Origin: Clostridia bacterium
Lineage (GTDB): Bacteria > Bacillota > Clostridia > Monoglobales > Monoglobaceae
Assembly (NCBI GenBank): GCA_045646365.1
Contig: JAZRKP010000010.1
Span: 42,820-106,819, forward strand
Length of the DNA: 64,000 nt
Reading direction: 5' to 3'
A program made the position numbers and the translations under genes. Position 1 is the stretch's first letter. Each line of letters starts with the position of its first letter. The notes beneath the pieces were generated by a model that searched no databases, had not been told where the DNA came from, and saw only the letters and a list, made by a program, of their open reading frames with translations. Positions 38,884-47,426 of the stretch are shown here, in pieces.

Positions 38884-39897
38884 ATGGCAGTAAAAGTTGC
38901 TATCAATGGTTTCGGCCGTATCGGTCGTCTTGCATTCAGACAGATGTTTGGTGCAGAGGGTTATGAAGTTGTTGCAATCAACGACTTAACAGATCCTAAA
39001 ATGCTTGCTCACCTTTTAAAGTATGACTCTTCTCAGGGAAGATATGACGGTCATACAGTTGTTGCTGGTGATGACAGTATCACAGTTGACGGAAAGGAAA
39101 TTAAAATTTATGCAATCAAGGACGCTAAAGAATGTCCTTGGGGTGCTCTCGGCGTAGATGTTGTGCTCGAATGTACAGGTTTCTACTGCTCTAAAGATAA
39201 GTCTCAGGCTCATATCGATGCTGGTGCTAAGAAAGTTGTTATTTCTGCTCCTGCTGGTAATGACCTTAAGACAATCGTATTCAGCGTAAACGAAAATACA
39301 TTAACAGCTGATGACAAAATCATCTCTGCTGCTTCTTGTACAACAAACTGTCTTGCTCCTATGGCAAAGGCTCTTAACGATTACGCTCCAATCCAGTCCG
39401 GTATCATGGCTACAATCCATGCTTACACAGGCGACCAGATGATTCTTGACGGTCCTCACAGAAAGGGTGACTTAAGAAGAGCAAGAGCTGGTGCGGTTAA
39501 CATCGTTCCTAACTCAACTGGTGCTGCTAAAGCTATCGGTCTTGTTATCCCAGAACTTAACGGCAAGCTCATCGGTGCTGCACAGAGAGTTCCGGTTCCA
39601 ACAGGTTCAACAACAATTCTTACAGCTGTTGTTCGCGGCAAGGATGTAACAAAAGACGGAATCAATGCTGCTATGAAGGCTGCTGCTTCTGCATCTTTCG
39701 GTTACAATGAAGACGAAATCGTATCTTCTGATATCGTTGGTATCACATATGGTTCACTCTTCGGCGCAACACAGACAATGGTTGCTCCAATCGGCGAAGA
39801 CCTTTACGAAGTTCAGGTTGTTTCCTGGTATGACAACGAAAACTCATACACAAGCCAGATGGTTAGAACAATCAAATACTTTGCAGAACTTGGCTAA
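38884..39897 (+). CDS. gap: Type I glyceraldehyde-3-phosphate dehydrogenase
   Basis: INGFGRIGR and the active site SCTTNCLAP. Confidence 0.95.
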   Translation: MAVKVAINGFGRIGRLAFRQMFGAEGYEVVAINDLTDPKMLAHLLKYDSSQGRYDGHTVVAGDDSITVDGKEIKIYAIKDAKECPWGALGVDVVLECTGFYCSKDKSQAHIDAGAKKVVISAPAGNDLKTIVFSVNENTLTADDKIISAASCTTNCLAPMAKALNDYAPIQSGIMATIHAYTGDQMILDGPHRKGDLRRARAGAVNIVPNSTGAAKAIGLVIPELNGKLIGAAQRVPVPTGSTTILTAVVRGKDVTKDGINAAMKAAASASFGYNEDEIVSSDIVGITYGSLFGATQTMVAPIGEDLYEVQVVSWYDNENSYTSQMVRTIKYFAELG

Positions 39898-39910
39898 TAT
39901 TAAGCTTTTT

Positions 39911-39941
39911 AAAAACCGCTCCATTTTGGAGCGGTTTTTTG
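39911..39941 (+). terminator. Rho-independent terminator of gap
   Basis: aaaaaccgctcc atttt ggagcggttttt. Confidence 0.8.
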
Positions 39942-39951
39942 TTATATCCTC

Positions 39952-39980
39952 TTTACAAATTGAAATATATATGGTAAAAT
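39952..39980 (+). promoter_or_regulatory. Sigma-A promoter
   Basis: TTTACA (39952-39957), a 17-nt spacer, then TAAAAT (39975-39980), preceded by TGG. Confidence 0.55.
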
Positions 39981-39986
39981 ATACTC

Positions 39987-40150
39987 ACCACTCATATAAA
40001 TAATGATTAACCCCAAATGGATAAAATACCTTGGTAAAAGGTGTTTTTCCGTTTATTTCCGTTTGGGGTAAAACAATGTATGAGTGGTATCTGCAAGGAG
40101 AAACACTTTTTCGGTGTGTAACTCTTTGTGGTTACACACTTTTTTATTTT
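39987..40150 (+). promoter_or_regulatory. Structured 5' leader (rod-like hairpin plus intrinsic terminator); candidate cis-regulatory RNA of unknown class
   Basis: P1 is 39987-39996 with 40079-40088 (10 bp). P2 is 40010-40020 with 40059-40069 (11 bp, one GU). P3 is 40023-40030 with 40040-40047 (8 bp). The terminator is 40114-40122 with 40131-40139, followed by T6. AGGAGG and the ATG follow. Confidence 0.4.
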
Positions 40151-40165
40151 AGGAGGATTTAATGT

Positions 40166-40504
40166 ATGGGAAAATTCACGGATATGTGGTGGAAGGAAAT
40201 AGCTCCAAAAGTAACAACCATTGATGATATAACGATGGATATACTCACCCGTTTGGACACCGCAATGAAGCTCGAAAAGGACTTGGAAGAAAGAATTGAT
40301 AAAGAGTCATATGCAATATTTAAGGAAATATTGCATCATCATACCATAGTAAGAGAACAGCATAAATATAATTCCTTTAAACGAGGGTTTATAATGGGAA
40401 AGGATTTTGCGAAAGAAATGGAAGATTTTGATAATATACCCGACCTTAAAGTGATAGAGGATGCGATAAATAAGCTGAAAGAAGAACATAACTATAAAGA
40501 CTAA
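40166..40504 (+). CDS. Hypothetical protein (112 aa, helical, charged)
   Basis: AGGAGG lies 9 nt upstream. No family recognised. Confidence 0.55.
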   Translation: MGKFTDMWWKEIAPKVTTIDDITMDILTRLDTAMKLEKDLEERIDKESYAIFKEILHHHTIVREQHKYNSFKRGFIMGKDFAKEMEDFDNIPDLKVIEDAINKLKEEHNYKD

Positions 40505-40508
40505 CAAA

Positions 40509-40549
40509 AGAAACGGCAAGGAAAACTTAATGTTTTCTCTGCCGTTTTA
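40509..40549. terminator. Bidirectional rho-independent terminator
   Basis: aaacggcaaggaaaac...gttttctctgccgttt lies between convergent genes. Confidence 0.7.
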
Positions 40550-40552
40550 TGA

Positions 40553-41710
40553 TTACTTTATTCTCTCTAAATTATCAACATAGTCGCTAAAAGTTGAGGT
40601 GAATACATAGTTTATAACTATGCAATCATCAATTTTATATTCGCTCTTCAAATCGTCGAGATTTCCGTAATAGCTTCTCGGGTCGATAACAAGAATGGTT
40701 TCGTAATTTTCTGTTAGAATAGGGAGAACTGCGTTTGCATAGGAGTCTTTAATAACAAGTGCGGTTTTCCCGTTTTTATTGTTGGTTTCAATCCTTGCGA
40801 AAGGATGGTCGCCACCCATAAATAAACTGTAAGTCGGCGGATTGTTTCCGTCGGGCAGTGTATAAATTTTAGGCTGATACTCAACGAACTCACCATTTTC
40901 GAATGCCTTAGCCAAAATCGTGTAATTTTCCTCGCCCATAAAATACTCAATTTTGTCGGCGTGCTTACTATACTCAGGAACATTCGCCTGATTATATAAA
41001 TAACCCAAAAATCCGTCAAGAGAGCCGTGATTTAACTCGTTAAGCGGAACAGGAGTTTGCCCTGTTGCCTCGGAGATTGCCTCATAGCCAAGATATGCAC
41101 CTCTCTGAGTCCAATGGTGGTCAGTTCTGAAATAGATGTAGTCATTTTTGTTTGCTTTAAGCTTGTCGTAAATATTTATTCCGTTGAAACCTTTAAGCCC
41201 TGAATAGATTATGTCGATAGTCTCTTTTTGACTGTCCGCATAGTTTTTATACTGCGATGAGTCAAATTCAAGCTGTGTTGGAGCGAGCATAATATACATA
41301 TTTGCATCAAGCTTTTCGGCATACTCATTTAAAACTGAAATATAACGGGTTCTGACATCAGGATTTGCCTTAAAGACTTCCATAATCTTACCATTACTCA
41401 ATACCAGTTTCCCACCGCTTGCAAGAGTGATAACTCTTTCGGATTCTTCCTTTTCAATACCCCAAAGCTTCTCAAACTTTGTTCCAAAATCAACAAAATA
41501 GCTTCGATAACCCACATTATCTGTAAGAAAAGTTTCATAATCTGTTGTAAATGTTCCGAAGAAGATGTTGTTTAAGCTTGTTTCGGGCATTTCAGCAAGA
41601 GGTCTGTTTTCCTTAACAGAAGCGCGCTCGTCCTTTGGAAGAATCATAACGAAAATAAAAAACAGAGCAAGCAGAGCAGTAAAGGTGAGCGTTGTAATTT
41701 TTTCTCTCAT
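40553..41710 (-). CDS. DHHW-family protein (AlgJ/AlgX-like SGNH partner of MBOAT acyltransferases)
   Basis: N-terminal TM anchor and the eponymous motif FRTDHHWTQRGAY. Confidence 0.8.
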   Translation of the reverse strand: MREKITTLTFTALLALFFIFVMILPKDERASVKENRPLAEMPETSLNNIFFGTFTTDYETFLTDNVGYRSYFVDFGTKFEKLWGIEKEESERVITLASGGKLVLSNGKIMEVFKANPDVRTRYISVLNEYAEKLDANMYIMLAPTQLEFDSSQYKNYADSQKETIDIIYSGLKGFNGINIYDKLKANKNDYIYFRTDHHWTQRGAYLGYEAISEATGQTPVPLNELNHGSLDGFLGYLYNQANVPEYSKHADKIEYFMGEENYTILAKAFENGEFVEYQPKIYTLPDGNNPPTYSLFMGGDHPFARIETNNKNGKTALVIKDSYANAVLPILTENYETILVIDPRSYYGNLDDLKSEYKIDDCIVINYVFTSTFSDYVDNLERIK

Positions 41711-41722
41711 AATAACTCCTCC

Positions 41723-43117
41723 TTAAAATCTGAAATACAGAAACGGATTGTATGACTGCTTAACCAAAAGAGTGAAGCAAACCATAAGCACTGCAACAAC
41801 CGCAACAGGGAGAAGAACTCCATACAATACAGGTGCTTTTTCGCGTAATTTCCTGATTATAATTCGGATTAAAGGTGTTACGCAGATAAACATCAGGATT
41901 ATAAACCAGATATGGGAAATTGCCTGATATTCTGCCATAATATTGATACCTTTCGGGTTCTTGCCAAATGCCGCAATGAGAAATTCACGCAGTCTTGACA
42001 TATCAGTAAAGTAAAACAGCATCCATCCGCCGAGGACTATTAAATTACTGTAAACAAGTCTGATTAAAGACGGAACTTTGTCCCAGAATTTAAACAGAAA
42101 TTTCTTTTCGATAAGCAACCATATTCCGTAGTAAATACCCCAGAAAATGAAGTTCCAGCTTGCTCCATGCCAGAAACCTGTCAAAAACCATACAACAAAA
42201 ATGTTGAGGAACTGATGACGGCGGTTTCCACCCAGAGGGATATATACATAGTCACGGAAAAATGTTCCCAAAGACATATGCCATCTTCTCCAGAACTCGG
42301 TTATGCTCTTTGAAATATAGGGATAGTCGAAGTTTTCCTTAAACTTGAACCCGAAGAAATGACCAAGTCCGATTGCCATATCGCTGTAGCCTGAGAAATC
42401 AAAGTAAATCTGGAAAGCGTACATTAAAATACCAAGCCACGCCCCGAAAGAAGAGAGGTTTGTCATATCTCCGCCAATAAGTGCGTCAACAACCTGTCCT
42501 GCACAGTTGGCGAGAATGATTTTCTTGAACATACCCTGAGTGAAACGGATAACACCGTATTCAAAACCTTTGAGGGTGGTTGTTCTGTGATTGATTTGCT
42601 TTTCAATATCAACATATCGCACAATGGGTCCTGCGACAAGCTGAGGAAACATTGTAACATAAAGAAGAAATTTATAGTAAGACCGCTGAAGCCCCGCTTC
42701 ACCACGGTAAACATCTATAACATAAGACAAAATCTGGAAAGTGTAAAACGAAATACCTAAAGGAAGAGCAAGTCCGCCAAATTTAATTCCAGTTTTGAAA
42801 ATCGCATTTATATTGGAAACGAAAAAGCCAGAATACTTGAAAACACCGAGTAAGCCAATATCAATGACGATAGCCGTAATAAGGCAGATTTTTGCCCCCA
42901 TTTTTCCACGCCATTTCTCAATACCGAAACTTGTTATGTAGCCGACAAATGCGCTGAAAAGCATATTGAGGACTAAAATCGGCTCGCCCCAGGCATAGAA
43001 AATCAGAGAAGCGATTAAAAGAATAATGTTTCTCCATGTGATATTTTTACTTAAAAAGTACAGCCCTAAAGTTATGGGCAGAAACAGTCCTAAAGACAAC
43101 AGACTTGAAAAAACCAA
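41723..43117 (-). CDS. MBOAT-family O-acyltransferase (AlgI/DltB-like)
   Basis: Polytopic membrane protein with FWRRWHMSLGTFFRDYVYIPLGGNR and the conserved His (FLTGFWHGASWNF). Confidence 0.85.
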   Translation of the reverse strand: MVFSSLLSLGLFLPITLGLYFLSKNITWRNIILLIASLIFYAWGEPILVLNMLFSAFVGYITSFGIEKWRGKMGAKICLITAIVIDIGLLGVFKYSGFFVSNINAIFKTGIKFGGLALPLGISFYTFQILSYVIDVYRGEAGLQRSYYKFLLYVTMFPQLVAGPIVRYVDIEKQINHRTTTLKGFEYGVIRFTQGMFKKIILANCAGQVVDALIGGDMTNLSSFGAWLGILMYAFQIYFDFSGYSDMAIGLGHFFGFKFKENFDYPYISKSITEFWRRWHMSLGTFFRDYVYIPLGGNRRHQFLNIFVVWFLTGFWHGASWNFIFWGIYYGIWLLIEKKFLFKFWDKVPSLIRLVYSNLIVLGGWMLFYFTDMSRLREFLIAAFGKNPKGINIMAEYQAISHIWFIILMFICVTPLIRIIIRKLREKAPVLYGVLLPVAVVAVLMVCFTLLVKQSYNPFLYFRF

Positions 43118-43137
43118 GTTTCTCGCTCCTTTCAGAT

Positions 43138-43572
43138 TTAAAGGGTAAGGCTCATAAGAATAGCCGTTTCTCTGTTTTCATAGTAATTTTTTCGCTCACC
43201 GTCACGGATAAATCCGTTTTTCTCGTAGAGCTTCTGAGCAGGGAGGTTGCTCTCTCTTACCTCAAGATTGATTTTTGTGCATCCGTTTTCACGGCAAAAT
43301 CCGATAAGGGATTTCAAAATCCCCTCGCCAATCCCCTGACGGCGAAAATCGGGGTGGGTTGCTATATCGGTAATATCCGCCTCACCGCAGATATTCCAAA
43401 GACCGCCGTAACCCGAAACTTTTCCATCACTTACGGCAACAACATAATATGCAATTTTGTTTTCAAGCTCACGAAGAAAGGTTGCTTCACCGAATCTTCC
43501 CGAAAAACACAGTCCCTCGATTTCGGCAACTGCACTGATGTGAGTCATTGTCATTTTTTCATAGCTTATCAT
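43138..43572 (-). CDS. rimI: Ribosomal-protein-alanine N-acetyltransferase (GNAT)
   Basis: RimI-type GNAT with THPDFRRQGIGEGIL and YEKNGF. Confidence 0.75.
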   Translation of the reverse strand: MISYEKMTMTHISAVAEIEGLCFSGRFGEATFLRELENKIAYYVVAVSDGKVSGYGGLWNICGEADITDIATHPDFRRQGIGEGILKSLIGFCRENGCTKINLEVRESNLPAQKLYEKNGFIRDGERKNYYENRETAILMSLTL

Positions 43573-43574
43573 AT

Positions 43575-45011
43575 TTATAAATTTTTATAAATTTCCTTAA
43601 TATATTTCATAATTTCATCTGCGCACAGACGATAAACTGCCATATCTCCGCCATAGGGGTCGGAAATGTCCTTGTTTTCGGATACCGCTTCGGCAAGTGT
43701 TTTCACCTTATTTGAAAATTCGGGGAAAGCCGTTGTGATGGCATCCTTATGATTTTTTGTCATAGTAAGAACAAGGTGGGAATAGTGCAGAATTTCAGGG
43801 GTAAGCACTCTTGCGTGATGATTCTTTATGTCAACCTTCAATTCGGCAAGCGTGTTTACTGCATTTTCGGAAGCCTTGTTCCCGTCTGACGCATAAATCC
43901 CTGCCGAGGTCGAAAAATATCCCTTATTGGGAAGGTTATTGAAAATACCCTCCGCCATAGGACTTCGGCAAGTGTTCCCTGTGCAGACAAAAACGATTTC
44001 CTTATCGGTGGCGTTAATTATTTTACCGCCTGCCGCTTTATATAAGCGGTTTTTAACCGCCGCCCAAAGTCCGTCTGTACCGATTTCAGGGGCATAAATT
44101 TCACAGACATCAAGCTTGTCCATATCCCTTAAAGAGCGGAAAAGATTTCTTGCGCACTCATTGGGATTTTTTATACTTCCCAGAGAGATTATTTCGGCGT
44201 TGGTATCAAGATTGATTTCGTCAAAAGTCAGAATACCGCATTTGCAAGGTCTTGAGTTTAGAAAATTCGCAACCTCTGCAACAGTTCCCCGAAGAATCCT
44301 GACGGGTGCTTTCGGGGCGTAATGGGTATATTTCATACCGGGGGATTTTGGTGTTTCCTTATCTTCGGTTTTCTCTTTTCCACCGATAACATCACCGATA
44401 ACCTCTGCGATTTCCTCTGCAGTAACTCCGCCCGGACGAAGAATAGTCGGGATTTCGCCCGTCATATCAATAACTGTGGATTCGACGCCGACGGAGCAGT
44501 TTCCCCCGTCGATTATCCCCTCAACTCTCCCCATCATATCCTCAATAACATATTTAGCGTCAGTTGGACTGGGGCGACCTGAAATATTTGCACTCGGAGC
44601 CGCAACAGGGACACCTGAAAGGTAAATAAGCTCCCTTGCAACGGGGCTTTCAGGCATACGGATTCCAACAGTATTAAGTCCTGCTGTAACGGAATCAGGG
44701 ATATTATCTTTTCTTTTTAAGATAATAGTGAGAGGACCGGGCCAGAAATTGTCAATCAATGCCTTTGCTTTTTCGGGAACTTCATCTGTAAGGTCGTTAA
44801 GCTGAGAAAGCTTTGCAATATGGACTATTAAGGGATTGTCAGAGGGTCTGCCCTTTGCCTCGAAAATTGACTTAACAGCATCGGTGTCAAGGGCGTTTGC
44901 ACCTAATCCATATACTGTTTCGGTCGGGAAAACAACACGCTTTCCATCTTTTAAAAGCTCTGCCGCTTTTTGCAAATCAGCGGCAGAGGTGGTGAATAAT
45001 TTCGTATCCAT
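43575..45011 (-). CDS. tsaC: Fusion protein: L-threonylcarbamoyladenylate synthase (YrdC + Sua5 domains) and low-molecular-weight protein (Tyr/Arg) phosphatase
   Basis: N-terminal VFPTETVYGLGANAL, the KSPGMKYTHYAP linker and the Sua5 C-domain. The C-terminal 140 aa carry VFVCTGNTCRSPMAEG (the CX5R P-loop) and DPYGG. Confidence 0.8.
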   Translation of the reverse strand: MDTKLFTTSAADLQKAAELLKDGKRVVFPTETVYGLGANALDTDAVKSIFEAKGRPSDNPLIVHIAKLSQLNDLTDEVPEKAKALIDNFWPGPLTIILKRKDNIPDSVTAGLNTVGIRMPESPVARELIYLSGVPVAAPSANISGRPSPTDAKYVIEDMMGRVEGIIDGGNCSVGVESTVIDMTGEIPTILRPGGVTAEEIAEVIGDVIGGKEKTEDKETPKSPGMKYTHYAPKAPVRILRGTVAEVANFLNSRPCKCGILTFDEINLDTNAEIISLGSIKNPNECARNLFRSLRDMDKLDVCEIYAPEIGTDGLWAAVKNRLYKAAGGKIINATDKEIVFVCTGNTCRSPMAEGIFNNLPNKGYFSTSAGIYASDGNKASENAVNTLAELKVDIKNHHARVLTPEILHYSHLVLTMTKNHKDAITTAFPEFSNKVKTLAEAVSENKDISDPYGGDMAVYRLCADEIMKYIKEIYKNL

Positions 45012-45016
45012 AAATA

Positions 45017-46093
45017 TTAGTCTTCCTGTTGCATCTTTAATTTTTCACTCTGGTCAGTAGTGATAAGTGCATCAATAAGTTCGTTTAAGTCACCGTTCAT
45101 AATTGCGTCAAGACGGTGAAGAGTAAGCCCGATTCTGTGGTCAGTAACACGGCCCTGAGGATAGTTATAGGTTCTGATTCGCTCGCTTCGGTCACCTGTT
45201 CCGACCTGACTCTTTCTGTCTGCAGCAATCTGTTTCTGTTGTTTCTCAAGCTCTGCCTCATAGAGTCTTGAACGGAGAACCTTAAGCGCTTTATCCTTGT
45301 TTTTGTGCTGTGAACGCTCATCCTGACACTCAACAATTACCCCTGTCGGAATATGAGTAATACGGATTGCGGATTCAGTTTTGTTAATATGCTGACCGCC
45401 CGCACCGCTTGCACGGAATGTATCAATCTGCAAATCTGCAGGGTTAATCTCAAAGTCAACTTCTTCAGCTTCAGGAAGAACCGCAACAGTTGCAGTTGAG
45501 GTCTGGATTCTGCCCTGAGATTCAGTTTCAGGAACACGCTGAACTCTGTGAACACCGCTTTCAAACTTAAGACGGCTGTATGCGCCCTGTCCTTCAACCA
45601 TAAATGAAATTTCCTTGAAACCGCCGATTCCGATTTCGTTCATATTCATAACTTCAACTTTCCAACGATTGGACTCTGCGAACATTGTATACATACGGTA
45701 TAAGTCCCCTGCGAAAAGTGCCGCTTCGTCACCGCCGGCTCCGCCACGGATTTCGATAATAACATTCTTATCGTCATTGGGGTCTTTAGGAAGAAGAAGG
45801 ACTTTAAGCTCTTCTTCGATTCTGATTATATTTTCTTTGGCAGTTTTGATTTCCTCCTGAAGCATTTCCTTGAAATCCTTATCGGTTTCAGGGTCGTTCA
45901 TCATTTCAAAGGAATCATCAATCGTTGCCTTGTTAGCTTTATATTCCTTGTATTTTTCAACAATAGGAGTCATATCGGAATGTTCCTTACAAAGCTTCTG
46001 CCAGGCAGGCATATCCGCCATAACCTCAGGGTCACTGATTTTCTTTGCAAGCTCTTCATGTTGTTGTTCTATAAAAGATAATTTATCAAACAT
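45017..46093 (-). CDS. prfA: Peptide chain release factor 1
   Basis: [17 protein letters not shown] (the PxT region) and [23 protein letters not shown] (GGQ). Confidence 0.95.
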   Translation of the reverse strand: MFDKLSFIEQQHEELAKKISDPEVMADMPAWQKLCKEHSDMTPIVEKYKEYKANKATIDDSFEMMNDPETDKDFKEMLQEEIKTAKENIIRIEEELKVLLLPKDPNDDKNVIIEIRGGAGGDEAALFAGDLYRMYTMFAESNRWKVEVMNMNEIGIGGFKEISFMVEGQGAYSRLKFESGVHRVQRVPETESQGRIQTSTATVAVLPEAEEVDFEINPADLQIDTFRASGAGGQHINKTESAIRITHIPTGVIVECQDERSQHKNKDKALKVLRSRLYEAELEKQQKQIAADRKSQVGTGDRSERIRTYNYPQGRVTDHRIGLTLHRLDAIMNGDLNELIDALITTDQSEKLKMQQED

Positions 46094-46111
46094 AATTTTC
46101 CGCCTTTCTTT

Positions 46112-47237
46112 TTAGCCGTTCTGATTTAATTCGCCCCTTGAAAGAGCGGTTAAGTAGGCGTTTATAAATCCGTCAAGGTCACCGTCCATAACAGAGCCTG
46201 TGTTACCCGTTTCAAAACTCGTTCTGTGGTCCTTGACCATACTGTATGGGTGGAACACATAGGAACGAATCTGGCTTCCCCAGCCGATTTCCTTTTGAAC
46301 GCCCTTTAAATCCTCAATTTTTTCCTTTTGTTCACGCTCCGCAATCTCAACAAGCTTTGATTTAAGCATTTTCATAGCTGTTGCACGGTTTTTGTGCTGT
46401 GAACGCTCGTTCTGGCAGGCTACTATAACACCTGTCGGAATATGTGTGATACGGATAGCGGACTCGGTCTTATTGACATGCTGACCGCCCGCACCGCTTG
46501 CACGGTAAGTATCCACTTTCAGGTCTTCATCACGAATATCAATTTCAATATCATCATCAATTTCGGGCATAACATCAAGGGATGCAAAAGAAGTGTGCCG
46601 TCTGCCTGACGAATCAAAAGGAGAAATTCTGACAAGTCTGTGAACCCCTTTTTCGCATTTTGCATAGCCGTAAGCATTAAGACCGTCAATCTGGAATGTA
46701 ACACTTTTAATTCCCGCTTCGTCACCCTCTAAAAGGTCAAGGGTGGAAATCTTGAAACCACGACGCTCTGCCCACATCGTATACATTCTGAAAAGCATCT
46801 CACACCAATCCTGAGCCTCTGTTCCGCCAGCACCACTGTGGAGAGTGAGGATTGCGTTGTTTTTATCGTATCTGCCTGTGAAAAGTGTTTCAAGAGTCAT
46901 TTCCTCGAAATCTTTTGAGAGAGTTTTGTAGCCGTCTTTGATTTCTGGGAGAACACTCTCGTCGTTTTCTTCAACTGCAAGCTCGATAAGGGTCAAAAGG
47001 TCATCACGGGTGTTTACTAAAGTGTTAAACCGCTCAATCTTGTTTTTAAGTCCCTTTATTTTTTGCAGTATTTTGCCTGCCTTTTCCATATCAGAATAGA
47101 AATCAGCATCAGCAGTGGATTTCTCTAAAACATCGACTTCCTCTAAAGTTTTTTCGATGTTAAAGTGAATCCCTCAAATCTGTAATAGCCTTTTCCATAC
47201 CGGAAAGCTTTAATCTGTATTCATCGAATTCTATCAC
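46112..47237 (-). CDS. prfB: Peptide chain release factor 2, requiring a programmed +1 frameshift (join 47237..47163, 47161..46112)
   Basis: The 0-frame is GTG + 24 codons ([25 protein letters not shown]) and ends at CTT TAA C. The +1 frame continues [29 protein letters not shown]... through the SPF (RISPFDS) and GGQ motifs. The +1 frame has a TGA 13 nt upstream of the shift site and no start codon of its own. Confidence 0.85.
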
Positions 47238-47240
47238 AAA

Positions 47241-47271
47241 ATCACATCCTTTATAGTATTTTCGGGATATT
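47241..47271. repeat. Direct repeat copy 1 (covers the SD/5' region of prfB)
   Basis: atcacatcctttatagtattttcgggatatt matches 47377-47407 at 30 of 31 positions. Confidence 0.9.
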
Positions 47272-47333
47272 AGTGTTGAAACGCTTTGCGTTTCTTATAT
47301 AGGTCGGTGGCAGTCCGCCACCTATCCTGCGTT

Positions 47334-47358
47334 AAAAATATGCCACCGGCATATTTTC
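47334..47358 (-). terminator. Likely secA terminator
   Basis: Minus-strand AUAUGCC GGU GGCAUAU is followed by UUUUU. Confidence 0.5.
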
Positions 47359-47376
47359 TTAACACTCCGGCACATT

Positions 47377-47407
47377 ATCACATCCTTTATAGTATTTTCG
47401 GAATATT
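47377..47407. repeat. Direct repeat copy 2, 20 nt after the secA stop
   Basis: atcacatcctttatagtattttcggaatatt. With 3 mismatches the similarity extends to 47371, matching 47235 in copy 1. Confidence 0.9.
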
Positions 47408-47426
47408 TATATGCTGGAAAATAATT

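Noticed and set aside
39984-40000. ACUCAUAUAA at the start of the 39987 leader resembles the P1/J1-2 start of purine riboswitches
   Set aside because: The rest of the element folds as one long rod, not a three-way junction with two 7-nt kissing loops. The conserved purine-aptamer junction residues are absent.
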